A stretch of 64,000 bases of DNA from positions 49,290,001 through 49,354,000 of the forward strand of contig NC_043014.1 of assembly GCF_006345805.1 (NCBI RefSeq). The letters are read 5' to 3'. Origin of the DNA: Octopus sinensis (Eukaryota). Position numbers and translations under genes: made by a program. Within the stretch, counting starts at the first letter, position 1, and each line of letters starts with the position of its first letter. Below, in pieces: positions 52,140 to 64,000 of this stretch. Under the pieces are notes generated by a model. The model made no database searches, was not told the DNA's origin, and was given only the letters and a program-made list of their open reading frames with translations.

Positions 52140-52470
52140 CTCATAAAAAGCACCATCGAAATGTAGTCGGTGCCCCAGACTGGCTCCTGTGTCGGTGGCA
52201 CATAAAAAGTACTATCCGAATGTGATCAATGCCAGGGTCACCTGACAGGCTCCCATGCCAGTGGCTCATAAAAAGCACCATCCAAATGTGGTCGATGCCA
52301 GTGCCCCCCGACTGGCTCCTGTGCCAGTGGCACATAAAAAGCACCATCCAAATGTGGTCGATGCCAGTGCCCCCCGACTGGCTCCTGTGCCAGTGGCACA
52401 TAAAAAGCACCATCTGAATGTGGTTGATGCCAGTGCTGCCTGACTGGCTCCCATGTCAGTGACACATTAA
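52140..52470. repeat. 66-bp tandem repeat inside a retroposon
   Basis: GCACCA at 52275 and 52341. Confidence 0.85.
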
Positions 52471-52824
52471 AAGCACCCACTACACTCTAGGAGTGGTTGG
52501 CGTTAGGAAGGGCATCCAGCTGTAGAAACCTTGCTAGATCAAGATTGGACCCTGGTCCAACCCATGCCAGCATGAAAAATGGACGTTAAACTTTGATGAT
52601 GATGATGATGATGAGCTTTTTGCTTCATTGTCTCGTTGTAATTCACCACATTCACATTAGTGAAATAACTAATGCTAGACACACCCAGTAAGAGATTTTG
52701 AGTGCAGCTCACTGCATGGCACGTCGGGTAGATGTGTCACCTACTGTAGCTATGGGCTGACCAAAGCCTTGTGAGTAGATTTGGTAGACGAAAAACTGAA
52801 AGAAACCTTTCATATATACATACA

Positions 52825-52867
<43 letters not shown>

Positions 52868-53089
52868 ATGTGTCTATGTATGTATATACAGATGCGTGTG
52901 TGTGTGTGTGCATGTGTCTATGTATGTATATACAGATGTGTGTGTGTATTGAAAGGTATAATGAATAAACAACTTTATATCCTTCCCAAATTATCAAAAA
53001 TTGCTGCAGTCCTATTTTCATTTTTGCTCTTCAGTTTAACGAAATTGCCTTTCAGTTTGACGAAGTTGTAAAATTATCCTCTTATATAA

Positions 53090-53135
<46 letters not shown>

Positions 53136-53785
53136 TTCCTTTTTTTCCTTTTCCTTCTTTGGGCACTAAACTCTGCTTGCGAAAACCTGTTGAGGCAAGT
53201 GAAATCAAAATCAAATTTGATGACTGGCATCCGTGCTAGAGGGGTGCAAAGAGCACCATATGAGTGTGATCATCGACAGAGTGACTAACCAGCTTCCGTC
53301 CAGTGGCACTTAAAAGGCACCATTCGAGTATGATCGTTACCAGCGTCGCCTTACTGGCACTTGAGTCCCATGCTAGTAGGGTACCAAGAGCACCATCCAA
53401 GCGTGATCATTGCCAGAGTGACTAACTGGCTTCTGTGCCGATGGCACATAAAAGGGCACCATTCGAGTGTGATCATTACCAGCATCGCCTTACTGGCACC
53501 TGTGCCAGTGGCATGTGTAAAACGATGAGGTCATTGCCAGTACTGCCAGTACTGCCCCATGCCGGTGGCATGTAAAAGCACCCACTACACTCACGGACAG
53601 GTTGGCATTAGGAAGGGCATCCAGCTGTAGAAGCTCTGCCAGATCAAGATTGGAGCCTGGTGCAGCCATCTGGTTCGCCAGCCTTCAGTCAAAATTGTCC
53701 AATCCATGCTAGCATGGAAAGCAGACGTTAAACGATGATGATGATGATATACAACTATATATATATATATATAAATAGATAAATT

Positions 53786-53816
<31 letters not shown>

Positions 53817-53877
53817 TAATCATATACTGTTGTGACACATACTTATGATGATCCTTAAAAGCATGGCCTTTATACAG

Positions 53878-53918
<41 letters not shown>

Positions 53919-53987
53919 ATACATACATACATACATACATACATACATACATACATACACACACATACATACATACATACATACTAC

Positions 53988-54071
<84 letters not shown>

Positions 54072-54538
54072 ATATGTATGTATGTATGCATGCATGCATG
54101 TATGTATGTATGTATGTATGTATGCATGTATGTGTGTATGTATGTATGTATGTATGTATGTATGTATGTATGTATGTATGTATGCATGTATGTATGTATA
54201 TGTATGTACATGTATGTATGTATGTCATCGTTTCTCCGAACACCCCTCCCCACTGGTGCTCCCCTATATTTCTGCACCCTCCCCCCACATAAAAAGCACC
54301 ATCCGAACGTGGCCGATGCCAGCACCGCCCCGAGTGGCTTCTGTGCAGGTGGCACATAAAAAGCACCAACTACACTCGCGGAGTGGTTGGCGTTAGGAAG
54401 GGCATCCAGCTGTAGAAACACTGCCAGACCAGACTGGAGCCTGGGGCAGCCCCTGGCTCCCCAGACCCCGGTTGAAACCGTCCAACCCGTGCTAGCGCGG
54501 AAAACGGACGTTAAACGATGATGATGATGATGATGATG

Positions 54539-54598
<60 letters not shown>

Positions 54599-56489
54599 CT
54601 ATGTGTATATATATCCATGTATGTATGTATGTATGTATATATGTATGCATGCATATATGTATGTATGTATGTATGCATGCATGTATGTATGTATATATGC
54701 ATTCATGCATGCATGCATGTATGTATATATGTATGTATGCATGCATGTATGTACGTATGTATGTATGTATGTATGTATGTATATATGTATGTATGTATGT
54801 ATGCATGTATGCATGCATGCATGTATGCATGTATGCCTGTATGTATTTATGTATGTATGTATGTATGTATTCATGTATGTATGCATGCATGTATGTATGT
54901 ATGTATGCATGTATGCATGCATGTATGTATGTATGTATGTATGTATGTATGTATGTATGTATGTATGTATGTATATCGTTTTTTAGAAAAACATAAATCC
55001 AGAGAAGAAGCACACTCCAAGAAGTAGAGCAGTCTATATTTATTACTGGTGAAGGCCAGTTTAAAGGGTTACCCTGGGTTTCCCCCCATAAAGGGCGCCT
55101 TTATGGCATATCTTCTGACCCTAAGAACTGTTGGCCTATGTCCTCTTTACGGAGTGAGAACATCCAAAAAAAAATCAAGAGTAATCTTGTAGCTTTCAAG
55201 TCACGTGTGGCCTGTTGTACTTTCTGAATGACAACCGAATGAAAAACGATTTTCCATTTCTTCAGAACGGTAGCTTGTTTCTTGGAAAAACTTACTCACA
55301 CCTGATTATACAATGATAAATGCTATTTAAGTGTTGTGAAGACAAACAAAAGGTTTCATGTATGCAAGCATAAAGAAGTTGTTCTCCCACTGCTCTGTCC
55401 AAAAGATCTAGGTCATCTCGTGCTTCTTATCTGTTTCGCCCGTATTTATATGCGGGGGTTTCAATAGTGAAAGTGTAGTGAAGCAGTGCCCCAGCAGTGC
55501 CCCAGCATGGCCACACAGCTCTTGAGCTGAAGTTACTTAAAGAGTTGTATATTTTCTCCTTTTTTTTTTCTCTTTTCTCTTTTACTTGTTTCAGTCATTT
55601 GACTGCAGCCATGCTGGAGCACCACCTTTTGGGTCGAGCAAATCGACCCCAGGTCTTATTCTTTGTAAGCCTGGTACTTATTCTATCAGTCCCTTTTGCC
55701 GAACCACTATATCTACACATACACACACACAAACACACACACGCATACATGCACGCACATGCATACATGCACACATGCACATGTACACACATGCATACAC
55801 ACATGCACATGTACATACACACACGCATGCAGGCACACATACACAATGCATGCAAGCATGCACACACACATGCATGCAAGTATGCATGCATGCACGTGCA
55901 GACACACATGCACATGCACACACACATATGCACACATACACACACATAATGCATGCACACACACACACACACACCTATTCTTAAACAAAAATATTTATTG
56001 ACAGTGACTTTGGAATTTCGCCCAGCTAAGCCATTACAGACTGTGATTCATGGAAATTAGTCTTGATTGTATGTAAGATTGTGTTTTTTAGAAGGAAAAA
56101 ACCCACTAGAAAACAATCCCATGACCTGATTGGGACGCCTATAAATACACTCACCAGCTTACAAAATTCCACATACATGAATAAATTCTAAACAATAACA
56201 TATATGCAAATGTAATCAATAAAAATTTCTCCGAAACAACTCTCTATAACAACCCAGCCCACAATTTAATTACCAAACCACTCATACCCAGATACCCGAG
56301 GAAGATTTTATCATAACAGAGACGATATAGAGCCATGGTTAACTACAATGCATTGTAGTGCAACGATGACTTAGCTGATTGAAACTTTGTTTAAGAATAA
56401 CAAATTTGTAATCGACAACCCATCAGATTAATGTAAAATTATTTATTTACATATGTATATATATATATATATATATACTCTTTACTCTT

Positions 56490-56830
56490 ACTCTTTTACT
56501 TGTTTCAGTCATTTGATTGCGGCCATGCTGGAGCACCGCCTTTAGTCGAGCAAATCGACCCCAGGACTTATTCTTTGTAAGCCTAGTACTTATTCTATCG
56601 GTCTCTTTTACTTGTTTCAGTCATTTGATTGCGGCCATGCTGGAGCACCGCCTTTAGTCAAGCAAATCGACCCCAGGACTTATTCTTTGTAAGCCTAGTA
56701 CTTATTCTATCGGTCTCTTTTACTTGTTTCAGTCATTTGACTGTGGCCATACTGGAGCACCGCCTTTAGTTGAGCAAATCGACCCCAGGACTTATTCTTT
56801 GTAAGCCTGCTACTTATTCTATCAGTCTCT
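56490..56830. repeat. Three tandem 112-bp copies of the SINE A tail
   Basis: CAGTC at 56506, 56618, 56730. Confidence 0.9.
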
Positions 56831-57804
56831 TTTGCTGAACTACTAAGTTACAGAGACGTAAACACACCAGCATCGGTTGTCAAGCGATGTTGGAAGGACA
56901 AACACAGACACACAAACATAAATACACACACATACACATACATATATACGACGGGCTTCTCTCAGTTTCCGTCTACCAAATCCACTCACAAGGCTTTGGT
57001 CGGCCTGGGGCTATAGTAGAAGACACTTGCCCAAGGTGCCATGCAGTGGGACTCAACTCGGTGCACTTTAAAACAATTTATATATACATATATGTCAACA
57101 GTGGAGGCACAATGGCCCACTGGTTAGGGCAGCGGACTCGCGGTCGGAAGATCGCGGTTTCAATTCCCAGACCGGGCGTTGTGTGTGTTTATTGAGTGAA
57201 AACACCTAAAAGCTCCACGAGGCTCCGGCAGGGGGTGGTGGTGACCCTTGTTGTACTCTTTCACCACAACTTTCTCTCACTCTCTCTTCCTGTTTCTTGA
57301 GTAACGCTGCAATGGACTGGTGTCTCGTCCAGCTGGCAAGGGGGGGGGGCTCACATACGCCACAGAAACGAGAAAAACTGGGCCCATGATTTTGTTTCAA
57401 CTCCCACACTGAGCAGTGTATTGTGCTCTGAGCAAACCACTTCGTTTCACATTGCTCGTAACTCCCTTCAAACACCTGACATTCGTACACCATGCACCTG
57501 TGCAGTAATGTTTTTGCAATTTGATAGGGAAGGTGAGCTAATGTACGACAACTACGTTTGATCACTGTGAAACAGATCATTTGTGCAGGTCATTCACCTA
57601 AAACTGAACACTCATTGTTATTACATGCTCTTTACTCTTTACTCTCTTATCTGTTTCAGTCATTTGACTGCGGCCATGCTGGAGCACCGCCTTTTAGTCG
57701 AGCAATCAACCCAAGGACTATTCTTTGTAAGCCTAGTACTTATTCTACCGCTAGTTACGTGGACATAACACACCAGCCACCACGCACACCACCAACAATA
57801 CATA

Positions 57805-57856
<52 letters not shown>

Positions 57857-58820
57857 ATATTATATATATATATACGACGGGCTTCTTTCAGTTTCCGTCC
57901 TACCAAATCCACTCACAGGCTTTGGTCGGCCCGAGGCTATAGTAGAAGACACTTGCCCAAGGTGCCATGCAGGGGGACTCAACTCGGTGCACTTTAAAAC
58001 AATTTATATATACATATATGTCAACAGTGGAGGCACAATGGCCCACTGGTTAGGGCAGCGGACTGAACCCGGAACTGTGTGGTTCATAAGCAAGCTACTC
58101 ACCACACATCATCATCATCTTCATCATCATCGTTTAACGTCCGCTTTCCATGCTAGCATGGGTTGGACGATTTGACTGAGGACTGGGGAACCAGATGGCT
58201 GCACCAGGCTCCAATTTGATCTGGCAGAGTTTCTATGTATATTATATAAGAATCGTTAGCACACCTGGCAGAATATTTAGTGCCATTTCGTCTCTTTAGG
58301 TTCTGAGTCAAATTCACCATTGTCGACTTGGTCTTTCATCCTTTTGAAGTCAATAAAATAAGTACCACTGATTCGATGTAGTTGGCTCCCTGACACCCCC
58401 ACAGAATTGTAGCTTTATACCAAAATTTGAACAATGTATGTATATTATATGTATGTATGTATGTTTTGTATATATTGTGTATGTGAAGGCACATGGCTCA
58501 GTGGGTTAGAGCGTCGAGCTTCGATCATGAAGTTGTGAGCTCGAATCCCGGAACCGAGCTGCGTGTTGTTGTTCTTGACACTTTATTTCACATTTGTTCC
58601 AGTTCACTTGCTGTAGAAATGATTGCGACGGTCACTGGTGCAAGCTGTATTGGCCCCTTTGCCTTTCGCTGGATATATTGGTGGCGTGGAGAGGGGAGGC
58701 TGGTATGCATGGGTGGACGAAGCTGGCAAAAACGTTAGCGCGCCGCGGTGTGAAATGCTAGCGGGTATTTTGTCTGCGTTATGTTGTGAGTTCAAATTCC
58801 GCCAAGGTCAACTTTGCATT

Positions 58821-58920
58821 NNNNNNNNNNNNNNNNNNNNNNNNNNNNNNNNNNNNNNNNNNNNNNNNNNNNNNNNNNNNNNNNNNNNNNNNNNNNNNNN
58901 NNNNNNNNNNNNNNNNNNNN
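58821..58920. other. Assembly gap (100 N)
   Basis: Run of n. Confidence 1.
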
Positions 58921-59430
58921 TTCTGAGTAACGCTGCAATGGACTGGTGTCTCGTCCAGCTGGCAAGGGGGGGGGGCTCACATACGCCACAGAAACCGAGA
59001 AACTGGGCCCATGATTCTTGTTTCAACTCCCACACTGAGCAGTGTATTGTGCTCTTGAGCAAACCACTTCGTTTCACATTGCTCTGTAACTCCCTTCAAC
59101 ACCTGACATTTCGTACACCATGCACCTGTGCAGGTAATGCAATTTGATAGGGAAGGTGAGCTAATGTACGACACATACGTTTGATCACTGTAAACAGATC
59201 ATTTGTGCAGGTCATTCACCTAAAACTGAACACTCATCTGTTATTACATGCTCTTTACTCTTTTACTCTCTTATCTGTTTCAGTCATTTGACTGCGGCCA
59301 TGCTGGAGCACCGCCTTTTAGTCGAGCAAAATCAACCCCAGGACTTATTCTTTGTAGCCTAGTACTTATTCTACCGCTATGTTACGTGGACATAAACACA
59401 CCAGCACACGCACACACACACAATATACAA

Positions 59431-59463
<33 letters not shown>

Positions 59464-61574
59464 ATATATTATATATATATATTTATATATATATATAATA
59501 TAACGACGGGCTTCTTTCAGTTTCCGTCTACCAAATCCACTCACAAGGCTTTGGTCGGCCCGAGGCTATAGTAGAAGACACTTGCCCAAGGTGCCATGCA
59601 GTGGGACTCAACTCGGTGCACTTTAAAACAATTTATATATACATATATGTCAACAGTGGAGGCACAATGGCCCACTGGTTAGGGCAGCGGACTGAACCCG
59701 GAACTGTGTGGTTCATAAGCAAGCTACTCACCACACATCATCATCATCTTCATCATCATCGTTTAACGTCCGCTTTCCATGCTAGCATGGGTTGGACGAT
59801 TTGACTGAGGACTGGGGAACCAGATGGCTGCACCAGGCTCCAATTTGATCTGGCAGAGTTTCTATGTATATTATATAAGAATCGTTAGCACACCTGGCAG
59901 AATATTTAGTGCCATTTCGTCTATCTTTAGGTTCTGAGTTCAAATTTCACCATTGTCGACTTGGTCTTTCATCCTTTTGAAGTCAATAAAATAAGTACCA
60001 CTGGATTCGATGTAGTTGGCTCCCTGACACCCCCACAGAATTGTTAGCTTTATACCAAAATTTGAACACATGTATGTATATATATATGTATGTATGTATG
60101 TTTGTATATATTGTGTATGTGAAGGCACATGGCTCAGTGGTTAGAGCGTCGAGCTTACGATCATGAAGTTGTGAGCTCGAATCCCGGACCGAGCTGCGTG
60201 TTGTGTTCTTGACACTTTATTTCACATTGTTCCAGTTCACTCTGCTGTAGAAATGAGTTGCGACGTCACTGGTGCCAAGCTGTATTGGCCCCTTTGCCTT
60301 TCGCTTGGATAATATTGGTGGCGTGGAGAGGGGAGGCTGGTATGCATGGGTGACGAGCTGGCAAAAACGTTAGCGCGCCGTGTGAAATGCTTAGCGGTAT
60401 TTTGTCTGCCGTTATGTTGTGAGTTCAAATTCCGCCAAGGTCAACTTTGCCTTTCATCCTTTCGGGGTCGATTAAATAAGTACCAGTTACGCACTGGGGT
60501 CGATATAATCGACTTAATCTGTCTGTCTGTCCTTGTTTGTCCCCTCTATGTTTAGCCCCTTGTGGGTAGTAAAGAAATAGGTATGCATGGGTGACTGCTG
60601 GTCTTCCATGAACACCCTTGCCCAGACTTGGGCCTTAGAGGGTAACTTTCCAGGTGCAAGCCCATGGTCAGTGTCTGACTAAAGGGGGTCTCATGTATTG
60701 TGTGTGTGTGTGTGTGTGTGTTTTTATGTTGCACTCCTTCTTGGTTTGTAACATGGAAGCACTCCGTCGGTTACGACGACGAGGGTTCCGGTTGATCCGA
60801 TCAATGGAAGAGCCTGCTCGTGAAATTAACGTGTAAGTGGCTGAGCACTCCACAGACACGTGTACCCTTAACGTAGTTCTCGGGGATATTCAGCGTGACA
60901 CAGAGAGTGACAAGGTCGGCCCTTTGAAATACAGGTACAACAGAAACAGGAAGTAAGAGTGAGAGAAAGTTGTGGTGAAAGAGTACAGCAGGGATCACCA
61001 CCATCCCCTACCAGAGCCTCGTGGAGCTTTAAGTGTTTCCGCTCAATAAGCACTCACAACGCCCTGTCTGGGAATCGAAATCGCGATCCTATGACCGCGA
61101 GTCCGCTGCCCTAACCACTGGGCCATTGCACCTCCACTTGGTTTGTAACATAGTAGTTCAAGAAACAGAGAGCAACAAAACAGTTAGCTGACTGAAATAA
61201 GAAACGAGGTCAACAGGACTGATTAAAACCCACAGAGGTATCATCCCGGCATCGCTGCCATCTGACGACCCGAAATGAATGATGGGACAATAAAACTTAG
61301 TGTAATTACGATGGTTACAAAAGCAAAAGCAATTGGGTGCAGCAGCTTAATTATTTGTGATAATATTTTCTTAATTAATTAAGACTCATTATTGTTGCTG
61401 CTGTTGCTGCTGCTGCTGTTGCGGCAGTTGTTGTTGCTGTTGTTGTTGCTGTTGTTGTTGAGTCCCAAATCAGACCTGTCTGGGGCAGACCTAGGATCAA
61501 AGGAATCCCGGTTTTGATCATTATCCCATGCATTTTGATGGGGCAGGGGAAGGAAAGCGGTAGTACTACATATA

Positions 61575-61609
<35 letters not shown>

Positions 61610-61927
61610 CATAAGGGGCATCAGCCATCTGAATGTGGCTAGGGACAGGGCGGGGTGGTGGGGGTGTTACTGATGCATTTAGCCCCAGGCGATCATCGAC
61701 ATCACCAGGAGGGCTGACCCATCTCGGTGTCCTCTAGCTGCAAAGGGAGAGGCTAGAGGACACCGAGATGGTGTCAGCCCTCCTGGTGACGTCGATGATC
61801 GCCTGGGGCTAAATGCATCAGTAACACCCCCACCACCCCGCCCTGTCCCCTAGCCACATTCAGATGGCTGATGCCCCTTATGTTATAGAGCAGTTACTGT
61901 TTATATCTCGTTTAGAGATTTATTATT

Positions 61928-61968
<41 letters not shown>

Positions 61969-62322
61969 TAGTTGAATGAATTATCCTAGTATAGATAATT
62001 CGGTTAACCGATACCTGGGTAGCAAATTCATGTCAGAAAAACACGGTTGAAGCTACATGCCAAGGGCAGAGATCACGTGCTTTCGTGTGGAAATTTGTGT
62101 GTTTTTTAATACAAATAAATGAAAGAATGGAGTTGAACAACGATTTAACAAAATTCCTTTGTTATTTGTCGAGAATAACATATGTCGAGAATAAAGGAAT
62201 TTTGTTAAATTGTCGTTCAACTCCATTCTTCATTTATTTATATATATTATATATATATATATATATAGATATATATATATATTATATATATTATATATAT
62301 ATTTTTTTTTTTTTTTTTTTTT

Positions 62323-62515
62323 TATCACGCTCAGAGTTGCTGAAGCATGGAATAAACTGCCTGCGTCAGTTGTTGACTGCCATGACACTGCATCTTTTAA
62401 GGCCCTCATGCTTTCCAAAATCCGCCGAAAACTACACCTGATTATATATACACTTTAGATGAGTTGTAGTGCACCTGAGCACTGTACACAATTTTATTAT
62501 TATTATTATTATTAT
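62323..62515 (+). mobile_element. 5'-truncated 3' end of the same CR1-group LINE family
   Basis: Nearly identical to the reverse complement of 17580-17765; encodes [16 protein letters not shown]; (ATT)n tail. Confidence 0.92.
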
Positions 62516-62542
62516 TCTATATATATATGTATTATGTATGTA

Positions 62543-62595
<53 letters not shown>

Positions 62596-62613
62596 TATTA
62601 TATATATATATAC

Positions 62614-62659
<46 letters not shown>

Positions 62660-63107
62660 TTATTTAAATGTTACTTGTTAGGGAATAAAAATTCGGCATA
62701 ACAGAGGTTCAAATTATTCTCAATGAGGAAATATATTTTAATTTAGAGATAATATACCCCTACATCTCACCATATAAAAAGAATTTTTATTTTCATTTTA
62801 AATACCTACTGTTTTATTACTTGGCAACACGTGGTTCATGAGGCACATTCTCTGGTTCCTAAACCACTCTGTGTTTTCCTGGAACCCTTCTTAAAATGTA
62901 ATCCTAATCATCAGGCCCTTATATCACTTTATCAACGTTCAATATAATAAACTATATTTAAATTTCTTAAAGCACTTAAGTATGTGAAACAAGTGTTGCC
63001 AAGTAATAAAACAGTAGGTATTTAAAATAAAAATAATAATTCTTTTCTTTTTATATGGTGAGATGTAGGGGCCCTACTATCTCTAAATTAAGATATATAT
63101 GTGTATC

Positions 63108-63140
<33 letters not shown>

Positions 63141-63232
63141 TATGTATGTATGTATATGTGTATATATATATATGTATGTATGTATATGTGTATATATATA
63201 TGTATGTATGTGTATATTTATATATATATACG

Positions 63233-63280
<48 letters not shown>

Positions 63281-63426
63281 GAAATGAGGTAATCAGAAGA
63301 TCGGATGGTTCATATTTATAGATATTTATTTATATATTACATTTTTTACATATATATATCATATCATTCAGATCATATCATTCAGATTATTAGCGCTTTC
63401 TCCCATTCTAGTGGGGTTTTCAAATC

Positions 63427-63460
<34 letters not shown>

Positions 63461-63567
63461 CACATATGTTTACACAACATTTGATCACTATAAACAAATC
63501 ATCTGCGTGGTTGTTCGGTAAGAAATAGTCAAACCCTCATATGTCGTCTAATGACAGAAGAGTCCAT

Positions 63568-63609
<42 letters not shown>

Positions 63610-63665
63610 AGGAAAATAAGACAAGGTAGAAAATGGTGAAATAATTTTACCATGAAGAACATTTT

Positions 63666-63699
63666 AGTACCGGTTTCAGTCTTTGCGACTTTTTCAACT
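63666..63699 (-). ncRNA. Minimal hammerhead-like motif with U3-A8 covariant core
   Basis: On minus: AG-TTGAAAA-AGTC gcaaa GACT-GAAA-CCGG-TA|CT; stem I weak. Confidence 0.45.
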
Positions 63700-64000
63700 T
63701 AGAGAAAAGGTTGAAAAACAATTCAATCATGGAAAAATTTAATGAAATGTTTTTTTTTAAATATTTCCATAGTTTTCAAATATTTTACAAGAGTAAAAAA
63801 GAAAAACAGACAGAAAAAAGGAAAATGTCCCTTGTATTTGAAAACTATGGAAACATTTAAAAAAAACATTTCAATTAATTTTCTCACAATTTAATTGTTT
63901 TTCATGCTTTACTCTAAGTTGAAAAATTCGCAAAGACTGAAAATGGTACTAAAATGTTCTTCAAAATTATTTCACCATTTTCTACCTTGTTTTCCTTATA

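Noticed and set aside
55020-55440. Non-repetitive segment with short open frames on both strands
   Set aside because: No recognisable motif or convincing splice pair.

Overview
AT-rich, microsatellite-dense animal genomic DNA, most likely an octopod (inferred from SINE families and repeat landscape). Most ORFs in the supplied track are microsatellite artefacts. (1) A + strand host gene: 11 small GT-AG coding exons (1691-33280) splice in frame into the C-terminal, catalytically dead deacetylase domain of an HDAC10-like protein; the 5' part lies upstream of the window. (2) A near full-length antisense CR1-group LINE in one intron (ORF1 PHD+polyQ; ORF2 APE+RT). Its AUG-less ORF2 is in the -1 frame directly behind a G_GGA_AAC slippery heptamer, a candidate programmed -1 frameshift. 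(3) A 5'-truncated Penelope-like element (RT+GIY-YIG) with inverted pLTR ends. (4) Many type I hammerhead ribozyme motifs from several sequence-unrelated families, often as opposite-strand pairs inside long fold-back inverted repeats. Also present: RTE and CR1/L2-type LINE fragments, many tRNA-head SINEs, Helentron/DINE-like elements, a piggyBac-like MITE, minisatellites, and a 100-N gap flanked by a probably artefactual 1.5-kb duplication. All structures were read by eye; no folding or database search was run.
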